A DNA stretch of 64,000 nucleotides from an uncultured Acidobacteriota bacterium. Its GTDB lineage: Bacteria > Acidobacteriota > Terriglobia > Acidiferrales > UBA7541. The notes under the pieces are model-generated. The model saw nothing but the letters and a program-made list of their open reading frames with translations. It made no database searches and was not told the origin of the DNA. The position numbers and the translations under genes were made by a program. Below, one piece after another: positions 23,775 to 33,880 of this stretch (the stretch's first letter is position 1; each line of letters opens with the position of its first letter). The stretch lies in the NCBI GenBank assembly GCA_963748845.1, contig CAVVKE010000002.1:728856-792855 (forward strand), written 5' to 3'.

Positions 23775-24776
23775 ATGATTAACATCGGCGTGATCGGTTA
23801 TGGTTACTGGGGCCCAAATATCGTCCGTAACCTGCATACTCTTGATGACATTAAGGTAGTAGCAGTTTGTGACAAGAGCGAGCCCGCTCTTGCACGTGTT
23901 CGCAAGGCTTACCCTGACGTCAAAACGTGCAGGGACGCATCGGAAATCTTGAATTCTCCCGACATCGACGCAGTCGCCGTGATTACGCCTGTCTGGACAC
24001 ACTACGACCTTGCCAAGAGAGCCCTGGAAAACGGAAAGCACGTTTTCGTTGAGAAGCCGCTTACATCGAATGCTCAGCAAGCTCAGGAGCTGATTGAGCT
24101 TGCCGCACGCAAGAAACTGACCTTGATGGTGGATCACACGTTTTTGTTCACTGGAGCGGTGCGTAAAATCCGGGAGCTGACGGAAAGCGGCGTCCTCGGG
24201 GAACTCTACTACTACGATTCCTTGCGCGTGAACCTTGGATTGTTCCAGCACGACGTGAGCGTGCTTTGGGATCTTGCGCCGCACGACCTCTCCATCATGG
24301 ACAACCTTATCAAGACTGAGCCCGAAGCGGTTGTAGCCACAGGTGAAAAGCATGTAAATGGCGTCGAAGACATCGCATTCCTAACGATTTATTTTCCGAA
24401 CAGCGTGATCGCGCACATCAACGTAAATTGGCTGTCTCCAGTGAAGATCCGCATGACACTGATTGGCGGCCAGAAAAAGATGCTCGTATGGAACGATCTC
24501 GTGGCCGACGAGAAGATCCGCATCTACGACAAGGGCGTCCTGCTCAATCCTGACGTCGGAATTCGATATCCCTATGTGACTTACCGGGCCGGGGACATGT
24601 GGGCCCCGCAATTGGAACAATTGGAAGCGCTGAGCGTTGAGTTGAAATACTTTGCCGATTGCATCACGAGCGGCAAGACGCCGTTTAACGACGGGCACGC
24701 GGGTTTGCGAGTGGTGCGAATGCTGGAAGCGGCCGAAAAATCCATTCAGAAGCGAGGAGAACTTATCCGCCTGTGA
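23775..24776 (+). CDS. Gfo/Idh/MocA oxidoreductase, WbpB-like nucleotide-sugar 3-dehydrogenase
   Basis: MINIGVIGYGYWGPNIVRNL Rossmann start, then GKHVFVEKPL. Sits next to an LbH acetyltransferase gene and a DegT aminotransferase gene. Confidence 0.8.
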   Translation: MINIGVIGYGYWGPNIVRNLHTLDDIKVVAVCDKSEPALARVRKAYPDVKTCRDASEILNSPDIDAVAVITPVWTHYDLAKRALENGKHVFVEKPLTSNAQQAQELIELAARKKLTLMVDHTFLFTGAVRKIRELTESGVLGELYYYDSLRVNLGLFQHDVSVLWDLAPHDLSIMDNLIKTEPEAVVATGEKHVNGVEDIAFLTIYFPNSVIAHINVNWLSPVKIRMTLIGGQKKMLVWNDLVADEKIRIYDKGVLLNPDVGIRYPYVTYRAGDMWAPQLEQLEALSVELKYFADCITSGKTPFNDGHAGLRVVRMLEAAEKSIQKRGELIRL

Positions 24777-25264
24777 ACGAATTCTGCTCGATAGCGCAGG
24801 ACGTAAAGCTCGGAAAGGGAGTGAAGCTTTCCAAGTTCATCAATCTGTATGGGTGTGAGATTGGCGATGACACGAAGATAGGCGCCTTCGTTGAGATCCA
24901 GAAGAACGCGAGCGTAGGACGCCGCTGCAAGATCTCCAGCCATACATTCATCTGCGAAGGCGTCTCGATTGAAGACAATGTCTTCATCGGGCACAGCGTG
25001 ACTTTCATTAACGACTCGTATCCGCGAGCGACCACGGAGGGCGGCGAGCTTCAGACGGAACAGGATTGGCATGTTGAGCCGACGCGGGTCAAACGCGGGG
25101 CGTCGATTGGGTCCGGGTCGACGATTCTTTGCAAAGTAACCATCGGGGAAAATTCGATCGTCGGTGCTGGCAGCGTTGTCACCCGTGATGTTCCTCCCGG
25201 CGTCATCGTGGCCGGGAATCCTGCAAAAGTGTTGCGTTCGATCAAAACCAAAGCGAGGACTTAA
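24773..25264 (+). CDS. Hexapeptide-repeat (LbH) N-acetyltransferase, WbpD/WlbB-like
   Basis: Hexapeptide repeats: IGDDTKIGAFVEI, IEDNVFIGHSV, IGENSIVGAGSVV. Ends VIVAGNPAKVL. Confidence 0.8.
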   Translation: MNEFCSIAQDVKLGKGVKLSKFINLYGCEIGDDTKIGAFVEIQKNASVGRRCKISSHTFICEGVSIEDNVFIGHSVTFINDSYPRATTEGGELQTEQDWHVEPTRVKRGASIGSGSTILCKVTIGENSIVGAGSVVTRDVPPGVIVAGNPAKVLRSIKTKART

Positions 25265-25266
25265 GA

Positions 25267-26496
25267 ATGACTCAGAACGGAAAGATTTCCTTTCTTGATC
25301 TAGTGACGCCTCATCGTGAGCTTGAGGCCGAGCTCGTTGCTGTCTTCAAGGACGTTTTGGCAACCGCGGGCTTCATCGGTGGCCCGATGGTCGAAGGATT
25401 CGAACGGGAATTTGCCAAGTTCTGCGATTCGAAGCATTGCGTCGGAGTAAACAGCGGAACCGACGCGCTCCGATTCGCACTGACCGCTTCCGGCGTGCAG
25501 TCCGGCGACATCGTATTGACGGTCCCCCACACCTTTATCGCTACCACGGAGGCAATCTCCCAGGCGGGGGCGCAACCGGATTTCGTTGACATTGACAAAC
25601 GCACTTATAGCATGGACCCCGCCAAGCTGCGCGAATACATCGAGAAGAAATGCACGATCGATCCCAAGACGGGGCGTCCAGTCCATAAGCAATTCAAGAA
25701 ACCGGTAAGCGCCATCGTGCCAGTCCACCTCTACGGGCAGATGGCCGATATGGATTCCATTCTGGAGATTGCGCAACGCTATCACATGATTGTCATCGAG
25801 GATGCCTGCCAGGCGCACGGCGCTGAGTATTTTTCGAAGAAGGAGAATCGCTGGCGCAAAGCCGGTTCGATGGGTGTCGCGGCAGCATTCAGCTTTTATC
25901 CCGGCAAGAATCTGGGCGCATGCGGCGAAGGCGGATCCGCCACCACAAACAACGAAGAGATCGCACGCAAAATGCGCATGATTCGCGATCACGGGCAAGC
26001 GAAGAAGTACTACCACGACATCGAAGGTTACAACGGCCGGCTGGACTCTCTTCAGGCAGGGATTCTAAGCGTCAAGCTGAAACACCTGGCCAGTTGGAAT
26101 GAAAGTCGGCGTGAGCACGCCCGCAAGTATAACGAATTATTCGCCGCAGCAGGCGAACCAAGCATCATTACTCCCTTTGAACCTTCTTCGTCGAAGGCCA
26201 TCTACCACCTATACGTTGTGCAGGTCGAGAATCGGGAAGCGCTGCAAGCCGCGCTGTTGAAGGAAAATATCCAGACCGGGATTCATTATCCGATTCCATT
26301 GCATCTGCAAAAGGCGTACGCCTCAATGGGTTACCGGAACGGCGATTATCCTGTGTGCGAGAAGGCTGCGGAACGGATCGTGTCTCTTCCGATGTTTCCA
26401 ACCCTTTCGGCGGAAGACCTCTCGCGGGTCGTGGAAGCGACCGTTCGAAGCGTACGGAACATTTCGGCACAACGGCCAACGGCCGTCTTGGCCTAG
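25267..26496 (+). CDS. DegT/DnrJ/EryC1/StrS family sugar aminotransferase, WbpE-like
   Basis: Motifs GGPMVEGFEREFA, VPVHLYGQMADMD, and the FSFYPGKNLGACGEGG lysine region. Confidence 0.85.
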   Translation: MTQNGKISFLDLVTPHRELEAELVAVFKDVLATAGFIGGPMVEGFEREFAKFCDSKHCVGVNSGTDALRFALTASGVQSGDIVLTVPHTFIATTEAISQAGAQPDFVDIDKRTYSMDPAKLREYIEKKCTIDPKTGRPVHKQFKKPVSAIVPVHLYGQMADMDSILEIAQRYHMIVIEDACQAHGAEYFSKKENRWRKAGSMGVAAAFSFYPGKNLGACGEGGSATTNNEEIARKMRMIRDHGQAKKYYHDIEGYNGRLDSLQAGILSVKLKHLASWNESRREHARKYNELFAAAGEPSIITPFEPSSSKAIYHLYVVQVENREALQAALLKENIQTGIHYPIPLHLQKAYASMGYRNGDYPVCEKAAERIVSLPMFPTLSAEDLSRVVEATVRSVRNISAQRPTAVLA

Positions 26497-26519
26497 TCCA
26501 TCCAGCGAATCGTTTTGAG

Positions 26520-26551
26520 GACGGCAGTCGCGATTATCCGTGACTGCCGTC
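26520..26551 (+). terminator. Stem-loop GACGGCAGTC-N12-GACTGCCGTC after the aminotransferase gene
   Basis: 10-bp perfect stem. The downstream sequence is only moderately T-rich. Confidence 0.35.
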
Positions 26552-26726
26552 AAGATTTCACGGGGGAGTGATGGACGATTGCTCAAATCCAGATTGCCTC
26601 CCTCCTCATAATCAATACACTCAGTCTCTGCGCCGATATCCAGGCCAAGGCGTATGTTTCCCCGCAAGCAGTCATTAACATTTCCAATCAGGGGAAGGTC
26701 GAGCGAGAGTACCGCTGGTAAGAACC

Positions 26727-28082
26727 ATGAACCGAATTCAAGCCCCCGATAAGGTACTGACCACCGTGCAAAACTGCAGTGACATTGTGAAAGATCCGCG
26801 AAGTGAAGCGGCGTCTACCGAACCAACAGATTCTCCTCGTGCCACCCATCAGTCTCCGAGCCCGGATTATCGTCATCTTCGAGGAAAGCGAGTGGGCATG
26901 GTGGTGTATTCCTGTTACCCGGTAGATCCGCGGCCCCGGCGGATGGTAGACGCGCTTGTCAATCAAGGGATGAAGGTTGATCTGATCTGCCTGGGAGAAA
27001 AGAGTGACCCTAAACGGGATACCATAAACGGCTTTGACATTCGCCGTATCAAGGTCTCCCGGCGGCGTGGGGGCAAACTCGCATATGCGTACGAGTACAC
27101 CGCGTTCATTCTTATTTCCGCGGCCATCCTGGCCTATCGCGCCTTCAAACGCCGGTATGACCTAGTGTATGTCCACAATATGCCAGATATTCTTGTCGTG
27201 AGTGCGCTGATTCCCAAGGCATTAGGAGCGAAAGTGATTCTGGATATTCACGATCCAATGCCCGAACTTATGATGACGATCTTCAACCGCAATCAAGACA
27301 GCCGCGCCGTCCGGATCCTAAAGAGAATGGAGAAGTGGAGCATGGCGCGGGCAGATTTTGTTCTCACCGTCAACGAGGCCTGCAAACGGGTTTTTTCTTT
27401 GCGTAGCTGCCCCGCCGACAAAATTGGCGTTGTGATGAATTCTCCGAACGAAGAGTTTTTTCCGTATAAGCTGCAACTCTTACGCGCGCCTTCAAACCAC
27501 ACTCCGGACAAGCCGTTCACAATGATGTATCACGGGTTTATCGCCGAAAGGAATGGATTGGATCTCGCTATCGAAGCGCTCGCACGAGTACGTGAGACAG
27601 TTCCCAACGCAGAACTCAGGATTTACGGCACATCAAACCCATTTCTGGAACGCGTGATGGAGGAGGTTCATAACAAGGGCCTGGAGAAGAACGTGCGTTT
27701 TCTCGGGCCGAGGCGCATGGAAGATGTGGTCTCGGAAATCAACGCTTGCGATGTGGGGATCATTCCGAACCAGCGAAACGCGTTTACTGAGATTAATACG
27801 CCGTGCCGGATCTTTGAGTACCTGGCCCGATGCAAACCTGTGATAGCTCCGCGAACTCCCGGCATCCAAGATTACTTCGACCAGAAATCTCTCTTTTTCT
27901 TCGAGCCTGGGAACGCGGAGGACCTTGCTCACACGATTGAATATGTGTTCTCACACGCCCATGAGGCCATGGAGATGGCTGAGCGGGGGCAGAAAGTGTA
28001 CATGGAACATTCATGGTCGCAGGAAAAACAGGTTCTTGTGAAACTAGTGAGTCAAGTCTTGAATGGGGGAAGGCCACTTTAA
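26727..28082 (+). CDS. Glycosyltransferase family 4 (GT-B)
   Basis: VGMVVYSCYPVDPRPRRMVDAL N-domain. C-domain with ...GIIPNQRNAFTEINTPCRIFEYLARCKPVIAP. Confidence 0.75.
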   Translation: MNRIQAPDKVLTTVQNCSDIVKDPRSEAASTEPTDSPRATHQSPSPDYRHLRGKRVGMVVYSCYPVDPRPRRMVDALVNQGMKVDLICLGEKSDPKRDTINGFDIRRIKVSRRRGGKLAYAYEYTAFILISAAILAYRAFKRRYDLVYVHNMPDILVVSALIPKALGAKVILDIHDPMPELMMTIFNRNQDSRAVRILKRMEKWSMARADFVLTVNEACKRVFSLRSCPADKIGVVMNSPNEEFFPYKLQLLRAPSNHTPDKPFTMMYHGFIAERNGLDLAIEALARVRETVPNAELRIYGTSNPFLERVMEEVHNKGLEKNVRFLGPRRMEDVVSEINACDVGIIPNQRNAFTEINTPCRIFEYLARCKPVIAPRTPGIQDYFDQKSLFFFEPGNAEDLAHTIEYVFSHAHEAMEMAERGQKVYMEHSWSQEKQVLVKLVSQVLNGGRPL

Positions 28083-28410
28083 TTTGCGATACGAGTTCGC
28101 AAGCTTCAGCTCAGTATCCCTTTATTGAACTCCTCACTCGATCAAAGTCCACGAGCCATGGAATAGCTTAAAGGGGGCTGGCGCGTTCATGCATACAGAT
28201 GGTTGGGGGCCGTCAGGTTGCTTGAACTGCGGCTGCTTCTCCTGGACCCTTTACTTTGGCCATCTTCAGTGACTCCCCCCTACAAGCCAAAAAGCTGTGA
28301 AGTGTCTACAGACACCGCTATCAGCGCTATTGAGCCGCAATGCACTCGCCTTCCCTGAATTGGTAATGAATCAGAGTCTTCTGTCGAAGACACTTTCGGA
28401 AATTTATTAA

Positions 28411-29820
28411 ATGCCGCCTGCCATTGCCACTCTCATTTGTCTCACCGGTATCGCGGGACTTTTTTGGCTCGGAAGAGACCGGAAGGCACCCACATCGGCA
28501 GCACTTTGGATTCCGGTGCTCTGGGTTTCGCTTGCATGTTCGCGGTCAGCGGGCCAGTGGCTGAGCCCATCCCGGGGGGCAAATCAAAGCGCGACGCCCG
28601 AACAAGTGCTTGATGGAAGCCCTGCGGACCGTTTGGTTTTCACGGTTTTGCTCTTGGTGGGACTAATCGTGCTTTTGAGCAGAGGCAAGCAAGTATGGAG
28701 TTTCCTGCGGGCCAATGGACCTGTACTTATTTTCTTTTTGTACTGTGTAGTGAGTATCGCCTGGTCCGACTACCCCGGCGTGTCATTCAAGCGTTGGATC
28801 AAGGCCTTCGGCGATCTCGTCATGATCCTTCTTGTCCTCAGTGATCGTAACCTTTACGGCGCAATCAAGAGATTTCTGTCCCGGCCGACTTTCGTCTTGA
28901 TACCCCTTTCAATCCTATTCATCAAGTATTACCCCGAGATCGGAACGGCATATGGTCCGTGGGGGGGGGCAAGTACAAACACAGGTGTCACAACCAACAA
29001 GAACACGCTCGGTGTGATTTGCCTGCTCTTCGGGCTGGGAAGCCTGTGGCAAATTCTCAATACTTACCAGGACCGGGAAAGCGACGGACGAACCCGACGC
29101 CTAATCGCTCATGGTGTGATTCTAGCGATGGTTGCTTGGCTGTTTTGGAAGGCCAATTCAATGACCTCGTTGTCCTGCTTCTTGATGGCGGGGACGTTGC
29201 TTATAGTAACGAGCCTTCGCGTGGTTTCCCGAAGGCCGATGATCGTGCACTTCATTATTGCAGCGATGCTGGCTGTTTCAGCCTCAATCGTCTTCCTCGA
29301 CGTCAGTCCAGGGGTATTGGAAACAATGGGGAGGAACCCGACGCTCACCGACAGAACTGAGGTTTGGGGGTGGCTGTTTAGCCTTGTCCGAAACCCGATA
29401 CTCGGGACTGGTTTCGACAGCTTCTGGCTTGGGCCGCGCTTGGAGAAAATGTGGAGCATCTATTGGTGGCACCCAAACGAGGCTCATAACGGATACATTG
29501 AAATCTACTTGAACTTGGGATGGATTGGACTGATGTTGCTTGCGTTGGTCCTGGTGGCAGGCTACCGAAAAATCATCAATTCGTATCGCCAACACCTGCC
29601 GCTAGCTAATCTCTGTCTGGCGTACTTCCTGGTTGGGATCACATACAACTTCACAGAGGCTGCGTTCTTCAAGATGCTGGCTCCAGCATGGATATTCTGT
29701 CTTTTCGCGATAGTCAGTGCTCCGGCGGTTTCGCAGTTCAAGTTCAAAGAACCAACCAAATATCCTGCCGTGACCACCTGGAAACCGGCAGGATCGACAT
29801 TTAGTAAGGGGATCTCTTGA
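28411..29820 (+). CDS. O-antigen ligase/polymerase family (Wzy-like) membrane protein
   Basis: More than 10 predicted TM segments. Periplasmic loop with NEAHNGYIEIYLNLGWIGL, typical of the Wzy_C / O-antigen ligase domain. Confidence 0.75.
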   Translation: MPPAIATLICLTGIAGLFWLGRDRKAPTSAALWIPVLWVSLACSRSAGQWLSPSRGANQSATPEQVLDGSPADRLVFTVLLLVGLIVLLSRGKQVWSFLRANGPVLIFFLYCVVSIAWSDYPGVSFKRWIKAFGDLVMILLVLSDRNLYGAIKRFLSRPTFVLIPLSILFIKYYPEIGTAYGPWGGASTNTGVTTNKNTLGVICLLFGLGSLWQILNTYQDRESDGRTRRLIAHGVILAMVAWLFWKANSMTSLSCFLMAGTLLIVTSLRVVSRRPMIVHFIIAAMLAVSASIVFLDVSPGVLETMGRNPTLTDRTEVWGWLFSLVRNPILGTGFDSFWLGPRLEKMWSIYWWHPNEAHNGYIEIYLNLGWIGLMLLALVLVAGYRKIINSYRQHLPLANLCLAYFLVGITYNFTEAAFFKMLAPAWIFCLFAIVSAPAVSQFKFKEPTKYPAVTTWKPAGSTFSKGIS

Positions 29821-31424
29821 AGCCCTTCGATGCCAACGGCGCATTCCTGCAGCCAACGGACGGAGGAGGACTTCGTCGCCGCGCCGTTCGAAGCGCTGGC
29901 GTCACGTTGGTCGCTCAAATTGTGTCGTTCATTGTCCAGATGGTTGCCACCATCGTCCTGGCTCGGCTGCTGACACCCGGCGACTTTGGGATCGTTGCGA
30001 TGGTTACCACTTTTAGCTTGCTACTCACAAACGTCGGACAAATGGGGTTTCCGGAGGCCGTGCTCCAACGTGAGGATATGGATCATTTCTTGGCCAGCAA
30101 CTTATTTTGGATCAATCTAGGCATTGGAATAATCCTGACCATCTCGTTTGCTCTGGCAGGGTCGCTACTGGCAAGGTTTTATGGCGACCCACAAGTGGCG
30201 CATGTCGCCGTTGGCACCTCGCTGACGATTTTCTTAAGCAGCCTCACAGTAATGCATCTGGCCCTCCTGCAACGAGCTATGCGGTTTTCTGCGGTATCCG
30301 CAATTACGATCGTCAACCGCGTTGTCATGGTCGCCTTGTCAATCGTCCTCGCCTGGAAAGGATGGGGATATTGGGCTCTAGTCGCAGGACTGGTAGCGGG
30401 TTCGTTGGCCGCAGCCATCGGGGCATGGATTGCGTGCAGGTGGATCCCGGACCTTCCCCGGCGCAAAGATGGAACAGGGTCGTTGGTTAAATTCGCGACG
30501 CACGTTTTCGGGCGCTTTACCATCGATTACTTTTCCCACAATGTGGACAACATTTTGGTGGGATGGCGGTTCGGACCGGGCGCTTTGGGATTCTATAAGA
30601 AGGCGTATGAGCTATTTATCCTTCCGGCAAACCAATTTTTGTCCGCCTATCCCGTAGGCGTTTCGACCTTGAGCCGTCTTGTCCGAGATCGCGCCCAGTT
30701 TAGGCGCTATCTTCTCGGCGGTCTAACCGTCCTGGCTTTTGCAGGCATGGCCGTGGGTGCGGAACTTACACTCGTAGGCCAGGACGTTGTTCGATTGCTT
30801 CTAGGGCCACAGTGGTTGGAGGCGGGCCGGATCTTCATGTACTTCGGGCCCGGGATTGGCGTAACACTTATCTATCGCACCCACGGCATGGTCCATCTCG
30901 CCATCGGAACGACGGGCCGCTTTTTCCGTTGGGGGCTCATCGAGTGCGCGGTGACCGTGCTGTTTTTTATCTTGGCGCTTCCGTGGGGGCCCGTGGGAAT
31001 TGCCGCAGCCTGGACTGCATCCGCCTGGTTCTTGTTGATCCCCGCGTTCTGGTATGCGGGGAAGCCGATTGAGTTTGGAGTGACATCGGTGCTCGCTGTC
31101 ATTTGGAAATATGTTCTTGCCTCCCTTCTTGCGGGTTGCGCATGTGCTGCAATCATCCGGGGAATCCCGTATTTGGCCGCGGCCACTGCTCCGGTCGAAA
31201 TCCTAGCCCGAATCGTAGCGAACACTCTGGTGTTTGGAGTCCTATATATTGGTGCAGTTATTCTCATGCATGGCGGTTCCAAACCCATCTATCAGTTCAT
31301 GGGGATATTTCGGGAAATGGTCCCGTGGGGAAAGTTCTCGAGGCCTGAGCGAGCCGGCGAGGGAACCTATGGGAGTGACGTGACCGTGGCCCTTTCTCCA
31401 ACAAGCTCAAGCGAGACAACGTAG
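29817..31424 (+). CDS. wzx: Polysaccharide flippase of the MOP/PST family (Wzx-like)
   Basis: About 12-14 TM segments. The N-terminus GVTLVAQIVSFIVQMVATIVLARLLTPGDFGIVAMV is typical of PST flippases. Confidence 0.75.
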   Translation: MKPFDANGAFLQPTDGGGLRRRAVRSAGVTLVAQIVSFIVQMVATIVLARLLTPGDFGIVAMVTTFSLLLTNVGQMGFPEAVLQREDMDHFLASNLFWINLGIGIILTISFALAGSLLARFYGDPQVAHVAVGTSLTIFLSSLTVMHLALLQRAMRFSAVSAITIVNRVVMVALSIVLAWKGWGYWALVAGLVAGSLAAAIGAWIACRWIPDLPRRKDGTGSLVKFATHVFGRFTIDYFSHNVDNILVGWRFGPGALGFYKKAYELFILPANQFLSAYPVGVSTLSRLVRDRAQFRRYLLGGLTVLAFAGMAVGAELTLVGQDVVRLLLGPQWLEAGRIFMYFGPGIGVTLIYRTHGMVHLAIGTTGRFFRWGLIECAVTVLFFILALPWGPVGIAAAWTASAWFLLIPAFWYAGKPIEFGVTSVLAVIWKYVLASLLAGCACAAIIRGIPYLAAATAPVEILARIVANTLVFGVLYIGAVILMHGGSKPIYQFMGIFREMVPWGKFSRPERAGEGTYGSDVTVALSPTSSSETT

Positions 31425-31460
31425 GTTTGACGTTTAACCTGCAGACAACCCAGGCTAATT

Positions 31461-32723
31461 ATGGCAACGTGCGTTTCGGATCCGAAGACCACCTCTAATC
31501 GCGACGGCGCTCCCGCGAACAGTGCGCCGACACTGCCGCGTGCGATTGAGGGAGCTCTACTTACAGGCGGCATTGATAAGCACTACACGACCAGCCTCGC
31601 GATGGCGCTTGCCTCGAAGGGAGTGAGTTTGGATGTCATCGGCAGCGATGGGTTGGACAGTCCGGAAATGCATACGACGCCCAGATTGAACTTTCTCAAT
31701 CTGCGAGGAGGCAAGAAGGAAACCAATCTGGCCGGGAGGGTGTTGGGGGTCCTGATCTATTACGCGCGGCTGATCAAATACGCCGTGGTTGCCAAGCCGG
31801 AGATTTTTCACATTTTATGGAACAACAAATTCGAGTACTTCGATCGATCTTTTCTGATGCTTTACTACAAGCTGCTCGGCAAGAGAATCGCGTTCACCGC
31901 TCATAATGTGAACGCAGGGAAGAGGGACTTGAACGATTCGTTGTTGAATCGCCTCACGCTAAGAGTTCAATACAAGCTCTCCGATCATATCTTTGTTCAC
32001 ACGGAAAAAATGAAGCGCGAGCTCTTCCGGGATTTCAGTATTCGTGAAGCGAAAGTCACTGTCATCCCGCACGGAATCAATAATTCTGTTCCGGACACGG
32101 ATTTGACCACTGCCCAGGCCAAGCAGCGGCTGGGCATCAAAGAAGGCGACAAGACGATCCTATTCTTCGGCGCCATCCGGCCTTACAAGGGTCTGGAATA
32201 CTTGGTTGACGCCTTTCTACGCCTCGCGGAAACCCATCCGGAGTACCGGCTGATTATCGCTGGCGGGCGAAGGAAAGAGGCGGGGAAATATTTGGAGGAT
32301 ATTCAACGCACGATAAGTGCCCATGCCAGTGGAGGGCAGGTCATTCAAAAAGTTCAACACGTGCCGGACGAGGAAACGGAGATTTATTTCAAGGCAGCCG
32401 ACGTCCTGGTTTTGCCGTACACGCACATTTTTCAGAGTGGTGTGCTTTTCGTGGGATATAGCTTCGGCTTGCCCGTGGTCGCAACCGACGTGGGCTCCCT
32501 TCGGGATGATATCGTCGAGGGCAGGACAGGTTTTATGTGTAAGCCGTGCGATCCTGTCGACTTGAGGAGAGCGATCGAAGAGTATTTTGGGAGTGATATA
32601 TTCAAGACACTGGACTCCCGGCGACAGGAGATACGAGATTGGGCCAGCGCGATGCATTCGTGGGATGAAGTCGGTGGGATAACTCGGGACGTCTACGCGG
32701 AAATGTTAGGAGCCCGTAAGTGA
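31461..32723 (+). CDS. Glycosyltransferase family 4 (GT-B)
   Basis: C-terminal ...ADVLVLPYTHIFQSGVLFVGYSFGLPVVATDVGSLRDDI fits the E-x7-E-type GT4 region. Confidence 0.75.
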   Translation: MATCVSDPKTTSNRDGAPANSAPTLPRAIEGALLTGGIDKHYTTSLAMALASKGVSLDVIGSDGLDSPEMHTTPRLNFLNLRGGKKETNLAGRVLGVLIYYARLIKYAVVAKPEIFHILWNNKFEYFDRSFLMLYYKLLGKRIAFTAHNVNAGKRDLNDSLLNRLTLRVQYKLSDHIFVHTEKMKRELFRDFSIREAKVTVIPHGINNSVPDTDLTTAQAKQRLGIKEGDKTILFFGAIRPYKGLEYLVDAFLRLAETHPEYRLIIAGGRRKEAGKYLEDIQRTISAHASGGQVIQKVQHVPDEETEIYFKAADVLVLPYTHIFQSGVLFVGYSFGLPVVATDVGSLRDDIVEGRTGFMCKPCDPVDLRRAIEEYFGSDIFKTLDSRRQEIRDWASAMHSWDEVGGITRDVYAEMLGARK

Positions 32724-32885
32724 GGAATTGTTCGGCGGGACGTGGCTTATAGCGTGCTCGACCGTTCCTGCCAAGCATGAACTGGCCGTTTGTCAGGCGC
32801 TTGACCAAGCAATTTACTCCGTTGAATGCCGCGGAGGTCGCGCCAACCAATTTGCGATAACGAGCTTGTTTGTTTGAGCGGGCGC

Positions 32886-33860
32886 ATGAACAGAACTGCA
32901 TTTGTAACCGGCGCTGAGGGATTTATCGGATCTAATCTGACTAGGTTCCTTCAGGCAAAAGGGTGGAAGGTAATCGGAGGATACCTTCTGGCCAGCGCGG
33001 TTACGCAAGTGAGTTTGCCGAATCTTCGTTTCACGAAATGTGATTTGCGCAATGGAAAGCGCGTCTTACAGCTTTTCCAGAAGTACAACCCGACGCACGT
33101 GTTCCACCTCGGGGCCAAGAGCATGCCCACGCTTTCTTGGACAGATCCCGCTGGAACCTTTGAGTCGAACATTATGGGTTCGCTGAATTTGTTGGAGGCG
33201 GTGCGCCACTTGAAACGTCGCCCCGTTGTTATTTCGGCTTGTTCAAGCGCCGAATATGGCCACATGCCGGCGTCGGCCACGCCGGTTACCGAGGAGCATC
33301 CGCTTCGGCCGCTGCACCCGTACGGTATCAGCAAAGTGTGTTTGGATCTGTTGGCACGAGAGTATTTCCTGGATTACAAAATCCCAACAGTCAATCTTCG
33401 GCTATTCAATACCATAGGCCCGGGAAAGACAAATGACGCGCCTTCGGATTTCGTGCGGCAGTTGATCCGGATCAAAAAGGGCTTGCAAGCCCCCGTAATT
33501 GAAGTTGGAAACCTAAAGCCGCGCCGCGCGTTCCTCGACGTAAATGACGCGGTGCACGGCTTCTACCGCGCCGCATTGAATGGGAGGCGAGGCGAGGTTT
33601 ATAACCTCTGCGGAAATAAGACGTATGAAATCGGCGAAATGTTGCGCACCGTGATTCGCCTTTCCGGAGTAAAAGCGAAAATCCGGCCGATTCCTCGCTT
33701 GATGCGCTCATCGGACGAAAAAATCATCTTCGGCAGCACGGCCAAATTCAGGAAGGACACCGGTTGGAACCCGAAAGTGCCGATCGAACAGACGCTATCG
33801 TCCATGCTGGAATATTGGGACCGAATAATTCAGCTCCCTGCGAAATCTTCAGGCCATTGA
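32886..33860 (+). CDS. NAD-dependent epimerase/dehydratase (extended SDR), Rmd / GDP-sugar reductase-like
   Basis: FVTGAEGFIGSNL, then YGISK (YxxxK), then VGNLKPRRAFLDVNDAV. Confidence 0.7.
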   Translation: MNRTAFVTGAEGFIGSNLTRFLQAKGWKVIGGYLLASAVTQVSLPNLRFTKCDLRNGKRVLQLFQKYNPTHVFHLGAKSMPTLSWTDPAGTFESNIMGSLNLLEAVRHLKRRPVVISACSSAEYGHMPASATPVTEEHPLRPLHPYGISKVCLDLLAREYFLDYKIPTVNLRLFNTIGPGKTNDAPSDFVRQLIRIKKGLQAPVIEVGNLKPRRAFLDVNDAVHGFYRAALNGRRGEVYNLCGNKTYEIGEMLRTVIRLSGVKAKIRPIPRLMRSSDEKIIFGSTAKFRKDTGWNPKVPIEQTLSSMLEYWDRIIQLPAKSSGH

Positions 33861-33880
33861 AATCAACTTCAAAAACTCAT

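Noticed and set aside
26497-26726. Minus-strand ORF 26323..26667 partly filling the gap after the aminotransferase gene
   Set aside because: Most of it is antisense to the aminotransferase gene. The intergenic part contains a 10-bp-stem hairpin and has no protein-like features.
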